Assembly (NCBI GenBank): GCA_013151235.1
Contig: JAADIO010000002.1
Location: 1 to 64,000, forward strand
Reading direction: 5' to 3'
Source of the DNA: Deltaproteobacteria bacterium
Lineage (GTDB): Bacteria; CG2-30-53-67
DNA length: 64,000 nucleotides
The position numbers were made by a program, and so were the translations under genes. This document shows, one piece after another, positions 8,666-19,206 of this stretch (positions are counted from its first letter, which is position 1; every line of letters begins with the position of its first letter). The notes beneath the pieces were generated by a model. It searched no databases, was not told where the DNA came from, and was given only the letters and a program-made list of their open reading frames with translations.

Positions 8666-10062
8666 AATCTCTCCGGGAAAGATTGAAGGCCCTCCCCTCT
8701 GTGGAAAAACTCTTGCAGGTACCGCAGATCGTACAGTTCCTGAAAGAACGGCCCCGCTGGATGGTCCTTGACGCCATCCATCAGGCCCTTGATGATGAGC
8801 GGACAAGGATTCGCTCCGGTGCCGGGGAGTACGCCCCGGCGGCTCTGGTGCCGCGGATCGGCAACCTTCTCCGAAGGATCAACCGCCTCCACTTGCACCG
8901 GGTCGTCAATGCCACGGGGGTGGTCATCCACACGAATCTCGGCCGCTCGGTCCTGACGGAGTCGATGATGGAAAATGTCACGGCCGTCGCCTCGAGTTAT
9001 TCCAATCTTGAATATAATCTTACAACCGGCCGGCGGGGATCCCGCTACAGCCATGTGGAGGCACTCCTTTGCCGGATCACCGGGGCCGGGTCGGCCTTGG
9101 TGGTCAACAACAATGCCGGCGCCGTTCTGCTCGGCCTCAACACTCTGGCGGAAGGGAAAGAGGTGATCGTCTCCCGGGGGCAGCTCGTGGAGATCGGCGG
9201 CTCCTTCCGGATCCCCGACGTGATGAAGAAGTCGGGCTGCACCCTTGTGGAGGTCGGCACAACCAACAAGACCCATCCCGCCGATTATGAAAAAGCCGTT
9301 ACCGAGCGGACCGGCTGTATCCTCAAGGTCCACATGAGCAACTTTACGATGCAGGGGTTCACGGAGGAGGTGGGACACCGGGATCTTTTCTCTATCGCCC
9401 GGGCGCACCATCTCCCTCTCATGGAGGATCTCGGCAGCGGCAGCCTGCTTGATCTCTCGCCCTGGGGTCTCCCGAAAGATCCGACGGTGCAGCAGAGTGT
9501 CAAAGCGGGGATCGATCTTATCACGTTCAGCGGGGACAAGCTCTTAGGCGGTCCCCAGGCGGGGATTCTCGTCGGAAAAGAAAAGATCCTCGACCGGGTA
9601 AGGAAGAATCCCCTGACCCGCGCCCTCCGGGTCGACAAGATGACGTTGGCCGCCCTGGAGGTTACCTTGCGGAAATATCTTGATACGGACACGGTCCTCC
9701 AGTCCATCCCCACCCTTCGGATGCTGACGGAACCGCCGGAGGCCCTCAAGGCCCGGGCGGAAAAGCTGGCCGGGGCGATTTCTTCGAATGCCGGAGGAGG
9801 TCTTTCCGTCGAGGTTCATTCCGATCACTCTCAAGTGGGCGGCGGCGCCCTTCCGGAGGCGGCACTTCCGACCTTTGTGGTGGCCCTTGAATCATCCGTG
9901 CTTACCGTCAACCGGCTGGAGGAACATTTTCGTAAGGCCGATCCGCCGGTGATCGGACGGATCTGCAGGGGGCGTCTCTTTCTCGACATGCGGACCCTGC
10001 GGGATAAGGATTTTGAGGCGGTTATCGCCGCAGCGGATTCCCTGGGCCGGGAAAATGAATAG
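8662..10062 (+). CDS. selA: L-seryl-tRNA(Sec) selenium transferase
   Basis: VVNATGVVIHTNLGRS, SRGQLVEIGGSFRIPD, EVGTTNKTH, FSGDKLLGGPQAG. Confidence 0.97.
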   Translation: MKSLRERLKALPSVEKLLQVPQIVQFLKERPRWMVLDAIHQALDDERTRIRSGAGEYAPAALVPRIGNLLRRINRLHLHRVVNATGVVIHTNLGRSVLTESMMENVTAVASSYSNLEYNLTTGRRGSRYSHVEALLCRITGAGSALVVNNNAGAVLLGLNTLAEGKEVIVSRGQLVEIGGSFRIPDVMKKSGCTLVEVGTTNKTHPADYEKAVTERTGCILKVHMSNFTMQGFTEEVGHRDLFSIARAHHLPLMEDLGSGSLLDLSPWGLPKDPTVQQSVKAGIDLITFSGDKLLGGPQAGILVGKEKILDRVRKNPLTRALRVDKMTLAALEVTLRKYLDTDTVLQSIPTLRMLTEPPEALKARAEKLAGAISSNAGGGLSVEVHSDHSQVGGGALPEAALPTFVVALESSVLTVNRLEEHFRKADPPVIGRICRGRLFLDMRTLRDKDFEAVIAAADSLGRENE

Positions 10063-10095
10063 CATGAAATCTGCTTATCGGCCGGAGGAGTTTCT

Positions 10096-10815
10096 ATGAC
10101 GGAAGATCAAAAAATGCCGGTAACGGGACACCTTGAAGAACTCCGTTCCCGCCTGCTCAAAATCGTCACCGCCATCCTGGTCGGAACGATCGTGGCCTAT
10201 TTCTTCCGTCATCAGGTGCTGGCGTTCCTGGAAGTACCGATCAAGAAGGCCTTGAAGGATAACCCCCTGCGCTTCTTTTCCCTCATGGAGCCCTTTATCG
10301 TCCACATCAAGGTCGCAGTCTATACGGGGATCTTCTTTTCCGTCCCCGTGATCCTTTATCAGGTCTGGATGTTCGTCTCTCCCGGCCTCCTCGAAAAGGA
10401 AAAAAAATATATCCTCCCCTTTATTTTCATGGGGAGTATCTTTTTCCTTCTCGGTGCATCTCTCTGTTATTTCATCATCCTCCCCTATGGTACGGAATTC
10501 TTCATCAACTTTGATAAAACCCTGCAATCCACGATCAATATTGCCGGCTATATCAATTTCTGCACTCGTCTGATCCTTGCCTTCGGGATTGTCTTCCAAC
10601 TTCCCCTTGTTCTCCTCCTGCTCAGCAAAATCGGACTGATCTCCTCAAAGACCCTTTCGGGCTACCGTAAATATGCCTATATCCTCTTTTTCATCATCGG
10701 GGCGATCCTCACCCCGCCCGATCCGTTTACACAGATCCTCATGGCAACTCCTCTGGTCTGCATGTATGAACTGAGCATCTTCTTGACCCGCGTATTCGGG
10801 AAGAAAACGCAATAA
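10096..10815 (+). CDS. tatC: Twin-arginine translocase subunit TatC
   Basis: HLEELRSRL, FVSPGL...EK, FGIVFQLP, AILTPPDPFTQ. Confidence 0.96.
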   Translation: MTEDQKMPVTGHLEELRSRLLKIVTAILVGTIVAYFFRHQVLAFLEVPIKKALKDNPLRFFSLMEPFIVHIKVAVYTGIFFSVPVILYQVWMFVSPGLLEKEKKYILPFIFMGSIFFLLGASLCYFIILPYGTEFFINFDKTLQSTINIAGYINFCTRLILAFGIVFQLPLVLLLLSKIGLISSKTLSGYRKYAYILFFIIGAILTPPDPFTQILMATPLVCMYELSIFLTRVFGKKTQ

Positions 10816-10862
10816 CGAAGATTAAGTTTATTTTTTGTTGTACACATCCGTTTTACAAATCA

Positions 10863-10906
10863 TTGACCCTTCGGAGGACTTGTGGTAGGTTATTAAAATA
10901 TTTTAT
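10863..10906 (+). promoter_or_regulatory. Promoter of the LysR gene with LysR-type T-N11-A box over the start site
   Basis: TTGACC-17 bp-TAGGTT (extended TG), followed by ATTA-N7-TTAT at 10892-10906. Confidence 0.55.
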
Positions 10907-10940
10907 AGCCCCATTAGCAAACCTTCTCAACGGGTGTCTT

Positions 10941-11846
10941 ATGGACGATCACAAGCTGAAGGTCTTCTGCTCAGTAGCGGAGACGAAGAGTTTTTCCAAA
11001 GCCTCCAAGGCCATGTATCTGACCCAGCCAGCGATCAGTCTGCAGATACGCTCGCTGGAAGAAGATCTGGGCACAAAACTTTTTACCCGGAGCAACAAGG
11101 CAGTCTCCCTGACAAAGACGGGAGAGATCCTCTATCGTCATGCCAAAAAGATCCTCTCTTATTATGGAGAGATTGAAAAAGAGATCAACGAAGCGACGGG
11201 ACTGGTCAAGGGAAAACTGATGATCGGCGCCAGCACCACACTGGCGACCTATTATCTCCCCAACGTGATCGTCAAGTTCAAGAAACGTTACCCCGACATC
11301 CTCATTGACTTCGAGCGGGGAAACACCCGGAAGATCATCGACAGCCTGCTCCACGCCCGGATCGACCTGGGGCTTGTGGAAGGGGAGGTCAATGATCAGC
11401 GTCTGGAGGTAGAAAAAATGAACTCCGACGAACTGCTCCTGATCGTGAACAGCGATCACCCCTGGGCGGGCCGGCAGGATCTCTCGATTCATGAGATCAT
11501 CGAAGAACCCTATATCATGCGGGAAGAAGGATCAGGGACTCGCCAGGTCGTGGAGAGTACCCTGGAGCGGGCCGGGATTCATGCCGGGGATCTGCATGTT
11601 GAAATGCTTTTAGGGAGTACGGAGGCGATCAAGACGGCCGTTGAAAACGGGCTCGGGATCTCGATCATCTCCGGTTCGGCCGTTCAGAAGGAAGTGAAGT
11701 TCGGTGTCCTGCGCGCCCTCTCGTTCAAGGACATTCGGTTCAAGCGGGATTTCAGCCTCATCTATCAGAAAAAATCTTTCCGGACGCAGCCGGTGGAAAA
11801 ATTTATTGAATTGCTGAACCAGACCCCCATGGCCTACCGGACCTGA
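10941..11846 (+). CDS. LysR-family regulator (CysL / selenium-metabolism-associated type)
   Basis: SFSKA...YLTQPAIS.QI..LEE.LG.KLF.R; MREEGSGTR; GSTEAIK.AVENGLG. Confidence 0.9.
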   Translation: MDDHKLKVFCSVAETKSFSKASKAMYLTQPAISLQIRSLEEDLGTKLFTRSNKAVSLTKTGEILYRHAKKILSYYGEIEKEINEATGLVKGKLMIGASTTLATYYLPNVIVKFKKRYPDILIDFERGNTRKIIDSLLHARIDLGLVEGEVNDQRLEVEKMNSDELLLIVNSDHPWAGRQDLSIHEIIEEPYIMREEGSGTRQVVESTLERAGIHAGDLHVEMLLGSTEAIKTAVENGLGISIISGSAVQKEVKFGVLRALSFKDIRFKRDFSLIYQKKSFRTQPVEKFIELLNQTPMAYRT

Positions 11847-11894
11847 GAAAAACGGACGGTACGCCTCCCCCTCCCTTCCGCAGGCAGGAGAATC

Positions 11895-12710
11895 ATGGCT
11901 GAAGAAAACGGGAAAAACTTCATTCGACGGCTGATCCATCGTTATCAGGATGGTACCCTCCGGCAGCTCGAAGACAGGATCACGACGGAACGTCCTCTCC
12001 ATGTGGAGATCAACGGACAGGAGTTCATCACACTCCTTTGCACGCCGGTACGGCGGAAGGAACTGACGGCCGGCTTTCTCTTTTCCGAAGGATTTGTACG
12101 AGAGCCGACACAGATCCGGGGCCTCGATCTGTATGAAAAAGAGGATCGGATCAACGTAACTCTCACCGGGATCGATTTCAACCTTGAAGACCGGACCAGG
12201 AAGATCACCCTTACCTCGGGCTGCGGACGGGGAACCATCCTCTGCGATGTGATGGATGCCCTGAATCTCGGCCGGGCGGATCCGGGGCACACCTTCGCCC
12301 CGGAAAAGATCCTCGACCGGATGAGGGAACTCGAACGCTGCTCCTCCACCTATCTCGCAACGGGGGGAACCCACAGCGCCGCCCTCACCGACGGGGAGAG
12401 GCTCTGGGCCTTTGCCGAGGACATCGGGCGGCACAACGCCGTTGATAAGGTTCTGGGCGCCTGTTTTCTTGACGGTACCCCCACCGATGACAAGGCCCTC
12501 CTCGCCAGCGGCAGGATCTCTTCTGAAATCATCATGAAGGCGGGGCGGAGCCGTTGCCCACTCCTGGTGACGCGCGCGGCACCGACGGATCAGGTGGTCC
12601 GGATTGCCGAGACCCTCCGGATCACCCTCATTGGTTTTGCCCGGGGAAAACGAATGAATATCTACACCTGCCCGGAACGGGTCCTCGGGGGAAAGTACAT
12701 AGAGAAATAA
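11895..12710 (+). CDS. fdhD: Formate dehydrogenase accessory sulfurtransferase
   Basis: AGFLFSEG, TSGCG, TGGTHSAA, EDIGRHNAVDKVLG, SGRISSE. Confidence 0.95.
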   Translation: MAEENGKNFIRRLIHRYQDGTLRQLEDRITTERPLHVEINGQEFITLLCTPVRRKELTAGFLFSEGFVREPTQIRGLDLYEKEDRINVTLTGIDFNLEDRTRKITLTSGCGRGTILCDVMDALNLGRADPGHTFAPEKILDRMRELERCSSTYLATGGTHSAALTDGERLWAFAEDIGRHNAVDKVLGACFLDGTPTDDKALLASGRISSEIIMKAGRSRCPLLVTRAAPTDQVVRIAETLRITLIGFARGKRMNIYTCPERVLGGKYIEK

Positions 12711-12749
12711 TGTACGTATTGCATGTTTTTACTGAACACCGACCGTTGC

Positions 12750-13160
12750 CTACTTGATATGGACCTGCATTGCCCTGGACGGGCAGGTTCCCACGCAGAG
12801 TTCACAGACGATACATTTTTCCGGATTGAAACTGACGAGCATGGTCGACCGGTCGATGGAGATGGCGCCGCTGGGGCAGACCCCCGTGCAGGCACTGCAC
12901 TGGTAGCATCGCTCCTCTTCCTTGATGATCTTCTTCGCCGTATCCAGAACTTCCACGCCCGACTCCTTGAGATAGGCAATTCCTTTCTTGTAGTTTTTCA
13001 AATCTCCCGCAATTTCCAGGACCATCTCTCCTTCGTCGTCGGGACGGATCGCCGCCTTCAGGATATTAAAGGTCAGATTGAAGTCCTTGATCAGCCGATA
13101 GACGATCGGTTGGCTAATCCGGTCACTGGAAAATCGCAGGAGGACTTTTTTCGCTGCCAT
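12750..13160 (-). CDS. NIL-domain 2x[4Fe-4S] ferredoxin (partner of DUF39 homocysteine synthase)
   Basis: N-terminal FNILKA (NIL domain); CYQCSACTGVCP and CIVCELCVGTCP. Confidence 0.9.
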   Translation of the reverse strand: MAAKKVLLRFSSDRISQPIVYRLIKDFNLTFNILKAAIRPDDEGEMVLEIAGDLKNYKKGIAYLKESGVEVLDTAKKIIKEEERCYQCSACTGVCPSGAISIDRSTMLVSFNPEKCIVCELCVGTCPSRAMQVHIK

Positions 13161-13225
13161 GGTTTGATTTCTCCTTGATATTATCATTTCATGAAAAGAC
13201 GCTTTGCGCTTTTGATGAGATGATT

Positions 13226-14155
13226 CTATTCCGTTGTATACAGGTCCGTACTCAAATACCTCTCTCCCGTATCCGGAAGGATCACGACCACCGTCTTTTG
13301 CACGCCTAAATCCCGGGCGACTTCCAGGGCCGCCACCATGACGGCTCCCGACGAGATCCCGCAGAGGATTCCTTCTCGTCGGGCCATTTCCCGTGCCGCC
13401 TCGGCCGCTTCCTCATCCCCCACGGGAAAGACCTGATCGACAATCCCCATATTCATGACCTCCGGGACAAAACCGGCGCCGAGCCCCTGGATCTTGTGGG
13501 GACCGGGCTCACCGCCGGAGAGAACCGCCGAGGTCTTCGGCTCCACGGCCACAACCCGGACGGAAGGATGATAATGTTTCAGGATTTCGCCCACCCCCGT
13601 GAGGGTCCCTCCCGTACCCACACCGGCCACAAAGGCATCGATCCCGGAACCCACCTGATTCAGGATCTCCTGGGCCGTCGTCATCCGATGGATCTCCGGA
13701 TTGGCCGGGTTGTTGAACTGCTGCGGCATAAAGTAATCGGGATGGGCCGCATCAAGCTCCTCCGCCTTCCGGATCGCTCCGCTCATCCCCTCGTTTCCAG
13801 GCGTCAGGACCACTTCGGCGCCGTAGGCGTGGAGAAGAGTCCGCCGCTCCTCGCTCATGGTTTCCGGCATGGTAAAGATCGCCCGATACCCTTTCACCGC
13901 CGCCACAAAGGCCAGACCGATCCCGGTATTGCCGCTCGTCGGCTCCACGATCGTTCCGCCCGGTTTCAGTTTCCCTTCCCGTTCCGCCGCTTCGATCATG
14001 CCCAGGCAGATCCGGTCTTTCACACTCCCGCCCGGGTTGAAAGACTCGAGCTTGGCCAGGATCCGGGCCTCCCCGGGGCCGGTCATCCGCTGTAATTGCA
14101 CGACCGGGGTATTTCCGATCAGATCGGTGATCTTTTCCACATTTTCCCGTTTCAT
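13226..14155 (-). CDS. cysK: Cysteine synthase A (O-acetylserine sulfhydrylase)
   Basis: [49 protein letters not shown]. Confidence 0.95.
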   Translation of the reverse strand: MKRENVEKITDLIGNTPVVQLQRMTGPGEARILAKLESFNPGGSVKDRICLGMIEAAEREGKLKPGGTIVEPTSGNTGIGLAFVAAVKGYRAIFTMPETMSEERRTLLHAYGAEVVLTPGNEGMSGAIRKAEELDAAHPDYFMPQQFNNPANPEIHRMTTAQEILNQVGSGIDAFVAGVGTGGTLTGVGEILKHYHPSVRVVAVEPKTSAVLSGGEPGPHKIQGLGAGFVPEVMNMGIVDQVFPVGDEEAAEAAREMARREGILCGISSGAVMVAALEVARDLGVQKTVVVILPDTGERYLSTDLYTTE

Positions 14156-14177
14156 GAACCTCTTCTCCACACGGTTG

Positions 14178-15395
14178 TTATATTCGTTCTTTCAGGGGTT
14201 TGAAGGAGATGCCCGAATCCGCCGATGGGAGCAATTCCTGCGGCTCTCCGAGGAGAAACTCTCCCTTGAGAATCCATTCCTTCAGGGTTTCCGCAATCTC
14301 GACAGCCATGGGATAACTCGATAGGGAGGCGGTCTTCACCTCTTTTCCATCAATCGTAATCTTCCCTGATTTCAGTTCCTTGTAATTGACCTCGCCGTAG
14401 CTTTTGGAAACACCCTCGGGGTAATCGATACCGTAGTCGACGATCTGGGTCACGATCTGTTCATCGGAGACGCCGGTCGACCGGGCGATTTCTTCATTCA
14501 GGACCGGGATGGGAACCCCAATTCCCAGGGCGAGGGTGCTGCCGTACCCCTGAATGCTCACTCCCTTGATATAGCGGGTGTTCATCCCCCGCAGGTCTCC
14601 ATAGGTGGCCAGGGTCCCGGCCGGCGCCCGGACCACACCGTTTTCCCCCCGCTTGACCGTGGGATTGTGCTGAGTGCCGGGGGCCACCACGTAGCCGACC
14701 CCGCCGCCGATAAAGATCCTCGTTCCCAGCCCGATCGTCCGGTAATAGGGATCGTTGAGCAGAGGAGAGAGCTGCCCGGCGCTGCAGTAATTGGCATTAC
14801 CCGCCTTCGGTTTGAGCCCGCCCATGTAAGTATAGATCATCTTCGAACTCAGATTAACGGCACAATTGTAATTCTGGTAGGCATTCCGGGGATTAAAAAG
14901 ATAACATTCATTCAGGCCTTCGAGATTGATCATGCTTTCCAGCTCTTTTCTCGGATAGCAGTCGGTTCCGTAAGAGAGGGCCTTCATCCGGACATCACGC
15001 CCGGCGATCAAGTCTTCGATCACATGGCCGCCGCCGTAGAGAAACTTCCCCGGATAGACCTTGTTGGCCGGATCGTCATCCGGAATCTCGGTAACGCCGA
15101 TGTAGAGATCGACCGCCGCCAGACCGGCATAAGCGGAAACGCCGTTCAGCCAGGCCTTCTGCACCTTCATTTTCGGTTTGCTGTGCCCGAAATTCAGAAA
15201 GGCGCCGGAGGAACACATCGGCCCGTAGGTCCCCGTCGTCACCACATCGACCCTTTTCGCCGCTCCGACCGCACCTTCTTTGTTGACGATATCGATCATC
15301 TCCTCCGCGGTGACCACAACGGCCTCTCCCTTTTTGATCCGGGCATTGATCTCCGCGTAGGTCTTGGTTACTTCTGCTTCCTTCGCCATCCTCAT
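14178..15395 (-). CDS. DUF39 homocysteine biosynthesis enzyme (aspartate-semialdehyde sulfurtransferase, MA1821-like)
   Basis: [58 protein letters not shown]. Confidence 0.9.
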   Translation of the reverse strand: MRMAKEAEVTKTYAEINARIKKGEAVVVTAEEMIDIVNKEGAVGAAKRVDVVTTGTYGPMCSSGAFLNFGHSKPKMKVQKAWLNGVSAYAGLAAVDLYIGVTEIPDDDPANKVYPGKFLYGGGHVIEDLIAGRDVRMKALSYGTDCYPRKELESMINLEGLNECYLFNPRNAYQNYNCAVNLSSKMIYTYMGGLKPKAGNANYCSAGQLSPLLNDPYYRTIGLGTRIFIGGGVGYVVAPGTQHNPTVKRGENGVVRAPAGTLATYGDLRGMNTRYIKGVSIQGYGSTLALGIGVPIPVLNEEIARSTGVSDEQIVTQIVDYGIDYPEGVSKSYGEVNYKELKSGKITIDGKEVKTASLSSYPMAVEIAETLKEWILKGEFLLGEPQELLPSADSGISFKPLKERI

Positions 15396-15406
15396 CTCTC
15401 CTTCAC

Positions 15407-15868
15407 CTAAATGGAAAACATCAAACAGTGACTATCCCCCTTCAACCCCAGCTCATTCGCCCGCCGACAGAGATCCTCCAGGGAGATGGCATCGAAATAT
15501 TCCGTCAGGAGGTCCCCCGCCCCCTCCCAGACCCTTCGGGTGACACACTTGTCGATATAGTGGCAGGCCGAACCGTCCTCTTCCATGGTCGTGCAGGGAA
15601 CCGGCTCGATCGGTCCTTCAAGCACCCGAATGATGTCCCCTACACTGATTTCACCGGGTGCGCGGTGGAGGGAATAGCCCCCCTTCGGTCCCCGGGTACT
15701 GTCGATCATCCCCGCCTTTTTCAGGACGAAGAAAATCTGTTCCAGGAAACGGCGCGGGATCCCCTGCCTCTTCGAGATTTCATGGATCTGCATGGTCCGC
15801 CCCTCCCCGTAATAGGCAATGTCGAAGAGGGCCCGGACCCCGTATTGGCTTCGATTGGAGAGCTTCAT
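15407..15868 (-). CDS. Rrf2-family transcriptional regulator (IscR/CymR-like, three conserved Cys)
   Basis: MKLSNRSQYGVRAL, FLEQIF..LKKAG...STRGPKGGY, EGPI.PVPC.......C.....C. Confidence 0.92.
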   Translation of the reverse strand: MKLSNRSQYGVRALFDIAYYGEGRTMQIHEISKRQGIPRRFLEQIFFVLKKAGMIDSTRGPKGGYSLHRAPGEISVGDIIRVLEGPIEPVPCTTMEEDGSACHYIDKCVTRRVWEGAGDLLTEYFDAISLEDLCRRANELGLKGDSHCLMFSI

Positions 15869-15908
15869 AAACGAACCTTAATCTTTACCAAAAAAATCGT
15901 GTTCTATA

Positions 15909-15940
15909 TTTATAGATTACCCGATGGACAAAGTCAAGTT
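15909..15940 (-). promoter_or_regulatory. Sigma-70 promoter of the rrf2 operon overlapped by an Rrf2/IscR-like operator
   Basis: Minus strand TTGACT-17 bp-TATAAA; AACTTGACTTTGTCCATCGGGTAAT resembles IscR type-1 boxes. Confidence 0.6.
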
Positions 15941-16043
15941 GTTTCGTACTGATTCAGGTCCTTTGCCCTTTTCCCGGGATTGACAGCGATCTCCCCGTGT
16001 GATAGAGAGAATCCGGACCCGTCCGGAGGAGAGAAGGGGAAAT

Positions 16044-17774
16044 ATGAAGACCATCGAAGCACTCAAGGGGATCCTGACCCGAATCGACGGTCGGGGATAC
16101 AAGGCGTACAAGGATCTGAAGGGGACCTACGATTTTGGGTTCTTCACCCTCCACATCGATCATGTCCAAGGCGACCCCTATGCCGCCCCGTCGCGCCTGC
16201 GGATCAAGGTTCCACAGGCGGAAGCCGGACTGCCCGCCCGTCATTTTGCAAACCGCTTCCGGCGGATCGGTCTCGAAGATTTTCTGACCCGCTCCTTTGC
16301 CGCCGCAATCCGGAAAATCGCCCGCGGGAGCCGGGGGATGGGCAAGAGCGGCTTGATCGCCATCGACTGCGGCAATCAGGAAGTGCTGGAACGAACCTCC
16401 ATGTTTGTTTCCTCCTCCGAGGTGGAAGCCCGTTTCGTGATGGGGCTCCCGGCACGAGGCCGGTCGATCCTCGGCCGGGAAGCGGCGGAGATGTTTCTTG
16501 AGGAGGTCCCGCAAATCGTGAGGCAGTCGCTCTTTCTGTCCCACCTTGATACCGGCCGGATGGCGCTCCATGTCGACGTTGTGGAAGATCATGCCGCCCT
16601 GCAGAAGACGCTCAAAGAAAGAAAACTCGTCGCCTTTATCGCGGACGGATCGACTCTCCCCCGCCGAAGCGGGATTGATCTCCGTCCACTGCAGGAAGGC
16701 GCCATTCCCTTTGCTTCTCCTCCGGCCTTCCGGACTGTTCTGAGCGCCCCGAACCGGGGAGAGATCACCGGCATGGGGATCCCCTGCGGGGTGACCCTGA
16801 TCGTGGGGGGCGGGTTCCATGGGAAATCGACGATCTTAAATGCCCTGAAATATTCTATCTTTCCCCATATCCCCGGCGACGGAAGAGAGTATGTCGTGAC
16901 TGACGCCACGGCCGTCAAGATCCGGGCCGAAGACGGCCGGAGCATCTCCGGTGTCGACATCTCTCCCTTCATTAACAACCTTCCCTACGGCAAGGAGACC
17001 GGATTTTTTACAACCATGAATGCCAGCGGCTCCACTTCCCAGGCGGCCAACATCATGGAGGCCCTGGAGATGGGGAGTCGGCTCCTGCTGATCGACGAGG
17101 ACACCTCGGCCACGAATTTCATGATCCGGGACCACCGGATGCAGTCCCTGGTCGCGAAGGAGAAGGAACCGATCACCCCCTTTGTCGATCAAATCCGGCC
17201 GCTCCGTGAAGACCTCGGCGTCTCAACGATTCTGGTCATGGGCGGATCGGGAGACTACCTGGACCAGGCCGACCGGGTTATCCTGATGGAAAGATACCGT
17301 CCCCTTGACGTTACGGACCGCGCCCGGGAGGTCGTCGAAAAGATCGCCACCCTGCGCCGACCGGAAGGGAGCGGAGGTTTCGGAAAAGTTATCGATCGCA
17401 GACCCCTGCCTGCCTCCTTTGATCCGAGCCGGGGAAGGCGGGAGGTCAGGATCGATGCCAAAGGTTTGCAGGAAATTCTCTTCGGCCGGGAGCGGATCGA
17501 TCTTTCCGCCGTGGAACAGTTGATGGAGATCTCCGAGACCCGGGCCGTCGGAGAGATCATCCACTATTTCGCGAAGACCTGTGTCTTGCGGGGAATGAAC
17601 CTGCGGGAAGGCTTGACCCTTGTCCTGCAGGAAATGAAGGAAAATGGCCTTGACCTCCTGTCCCCTTACAAGCTCGGCTGCTTTGCCATGCCCCGCATCT
17701 TTGAGGTCGCCGCGGCCGTCAACCGGATGCGTTCTCTGAAAATCTCCCGGGAAGGCGAAGAAGAATCAAGGTGA
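16044..17774 (+). CDS. Predicted ATPase of the ABC class (ABC_ATPase domain protein)
   Basis: IDHVQGDPYAAPS, GGGFHGKST, HIPGDGRE, ASGSTSQAANI, DEDTSATNFMIRD. Confidence 0.88.
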   Translation: MKTIEALKGILTRIDGRGYKAYKDLKGTYDFGFFTLHIDHVQGDPYAAPSRLRIKVPQAEAGLPARHFANRFRRIGLEDFLTRSFAAAIRKIARGSRGMGKSGLIAIDCGNQEVLERTSMFVSSSEVEARFVMGLPARGRSILGREAAEMFLEEVPQIVRQSLFLSHLDTGRMALHVDVVEDHAALQKTLKERKLVAFIADGSTLPRRSGIDLRPLQEGAIPFASPPAFRTVLSAPNRGEITGMGIPCGVTLIVGGGFHGKSTILNALKYSIFPHIPGDGREYVVTDATAVKIRAEDGRSISGVDISPFINNLPYGKETGFFTTMNASGSTSQAANIMEALEMGSRLLLIDEDTSATNFMIRDHRMQSLVAKEKEPITPFVDQIRPLREDLGVSTILVMGGSGDYLDQADRVILMERYRPLDVTDRAREVVEKIATLRRPEGSGGFGKVIDRRPLPASFDPSRGRREVRIDAKGLQEILFGRERIDLSAVEQLMEISETRAVGEIIHYFAKTCVLRGMNLREGLTLVLQEMKENGLDLLSPYKLGCFAMPRIFEVAAAVNRMRSLKISREGEEESR

Positions 17775-17868
17775 ATAAAACTTGACATTAAAAAGTGGAA
17801 TTGCTAACATTTAGGAATTCAATTCCTCCTGCATCAGGAACCGTTGTTAACCGGGAGACGAGGCGCAG

Positions 17869-18258
17869 ATGGCTCCAAAGAATGGATCGGCAAAACAGAA
17901 GAAAACATTCGAGAAGATCAAGAAAGGTCTTGTCCGGAAGAAGCAGTTGATTCTGGAAGGGGCAAACGAGGCGATCACCAGCCAGCTCGTTAAAGAGAAG
18001 GAGAATCTTCCCGAATTAGGAGATCAGGCCTCGGCCGAAATCGATAACAACTTTCTTCTTCGCCTGAAAGGTCGTGAAAAGAAACTTCTGGCCAAGATCG
18101 ATCAGGCACTGGAACGGATCGATAACGGGACCTTCGGGATCTGTGAGGAATGCGGGCAGGCGATCGGATTGAAACGGCTTGAGGCCCGGCCCGTCACCAC
18201 CATGTGTATCGAATGCAAAACGGATCAGGAAGAAAAGGAAAAGATCAAAAAGACCTGA
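17869..18258 (+). CDS. dksA: RNA polymerase-binding protein DksA / TraR C4 zinc finger
   Basis: ELGDQASAE, KIDQALERI..GTFGICEECG..I...RLEARP....CIECK. Confidence 0.88.
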   Translation: MAPKNGSAKQKKTFEKIKKGLVRKKQLILEGANEAITSQLVKEKENLPELGDQASAEIDNNFLLRLKGREKKLLAKIDQALERIDNGTFGICEECGQAIGLKRLEARPVTTMCIECKTDQEEKEKIKKT

Positions 18259-18286
18259 CCGCCCCCCTCATCCCATAGGCTGTTGC

Positions 18287-19057
18287 TTAAGGCAGTTTTT
18301 GCGCCGCCAGGGCCGCTCCCAGCGCCCCGACAATCTGGGGCATCTCCGGAACCTGCAGGGAAACCTTCAGGCCGGCCTCCAGTGCCTGTACCACCCCCCG
18401 GTTGTTTGCCACACCGCCGGTCATGATCACAGGCGGGACAGCAGCAATCCGCTTGAAAAGTGCCACCGTACGTTCTGCTACCGATGTCTGAAGACCGCAG
18501 ACGATCTCTTCTACGGCCCTTCCTTCGGCCAGAAGGGAGATCACCTCCGATTCCGCAAAGACGGTACAAAGATTGCTGATAACCGCCGCCCGGCCGGGAT
18601 CGTGGGAGACCGCACCAAGTTCACGAAGATCCATCTCCAGGACCTTCGCCATCACCTCCAAGAACCGGCCCGTCCCCGCCGCACAGCGGTCGTTCATGGC
18701 GAAATCGACAACATGACCGGCCTCGTCGATCCGGATCACCTTGCTGTCCTGCCCCCCGATATCAATCACCGTCCGGGTCTCCGGAAAAAGATGAAAGGCT
18801 CCCCGGGCATGGCAGGTGATCTCCGTAATTCGGGCGGTGGCCGGGGAGACCTGTTTTCTTCCATAGCCTGTTGCCGTAACGGCGGTTAGGGACGCCCGTC
18901 CGAGCTTTCCCTTTTTCAGGGCGATCTTCAAAGCCGCTTCCGCCGCCCGGCCCCCGCTCACCCCGGTATCAACAATCCCGTAGGCATATAAACGTCCATG
19001 CGATAAAATCACGGCCTCGGTCGACCTTGATCCCACGTCAATGCCGGCATAAAACAT
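18287..19057 (-). CDS. 2-hydroxyacyl-CoA dehydratase activator (BcrAD/BadFG ATPase)
   Basis: GIDVGS, TGYGR, TEITCHA, DIGGQDSK, MNDRCAAGTGRFLE, CTVFAESE, GGVA. Confidence 0.9.
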   Translation of the reverse strand: MFYAGIDVGSRSTEAVILSHGRLYAYGIVDTGVSGGRAAEAALKIALKKGKLGRASLTAVTATGYGRKQVSPATARITEITCHARGAFHLFPETRTVIDIGGQDSKVIRIDEAGHVVDFAMNDRCAAGTGRFLEVMAKVLEMDLRELGAVSHDPGRAAVISNLCTVFAESEVISLLAEGRAVEEIVCGLQTSVAERTVALFKRIAAVPPVIMTGGVANNRGVVQALEAGLKVSLQVPEMPQIVGALGAALAAQKLP

Positions 19058-19206
19058 ATAACATCCTGATTTTGTTATAGAATTTTGTAATCATAACATT
19101 CGAACGTATACTTTGCAAGACTTTCATGGCCCCCATTCGCTTTGCCTTGACACATTTTCCATAACTGGGCTATACTGAAAGAAATAAGGTTATAGGTATT
19201 GTTTTC

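Noticed and set aside
7517-15868. In-frame UGA selenoprotein or selC near selA
   Set aside because: All ORFs look full length without readthrough, and no tRNA-Sec-like structure was seen
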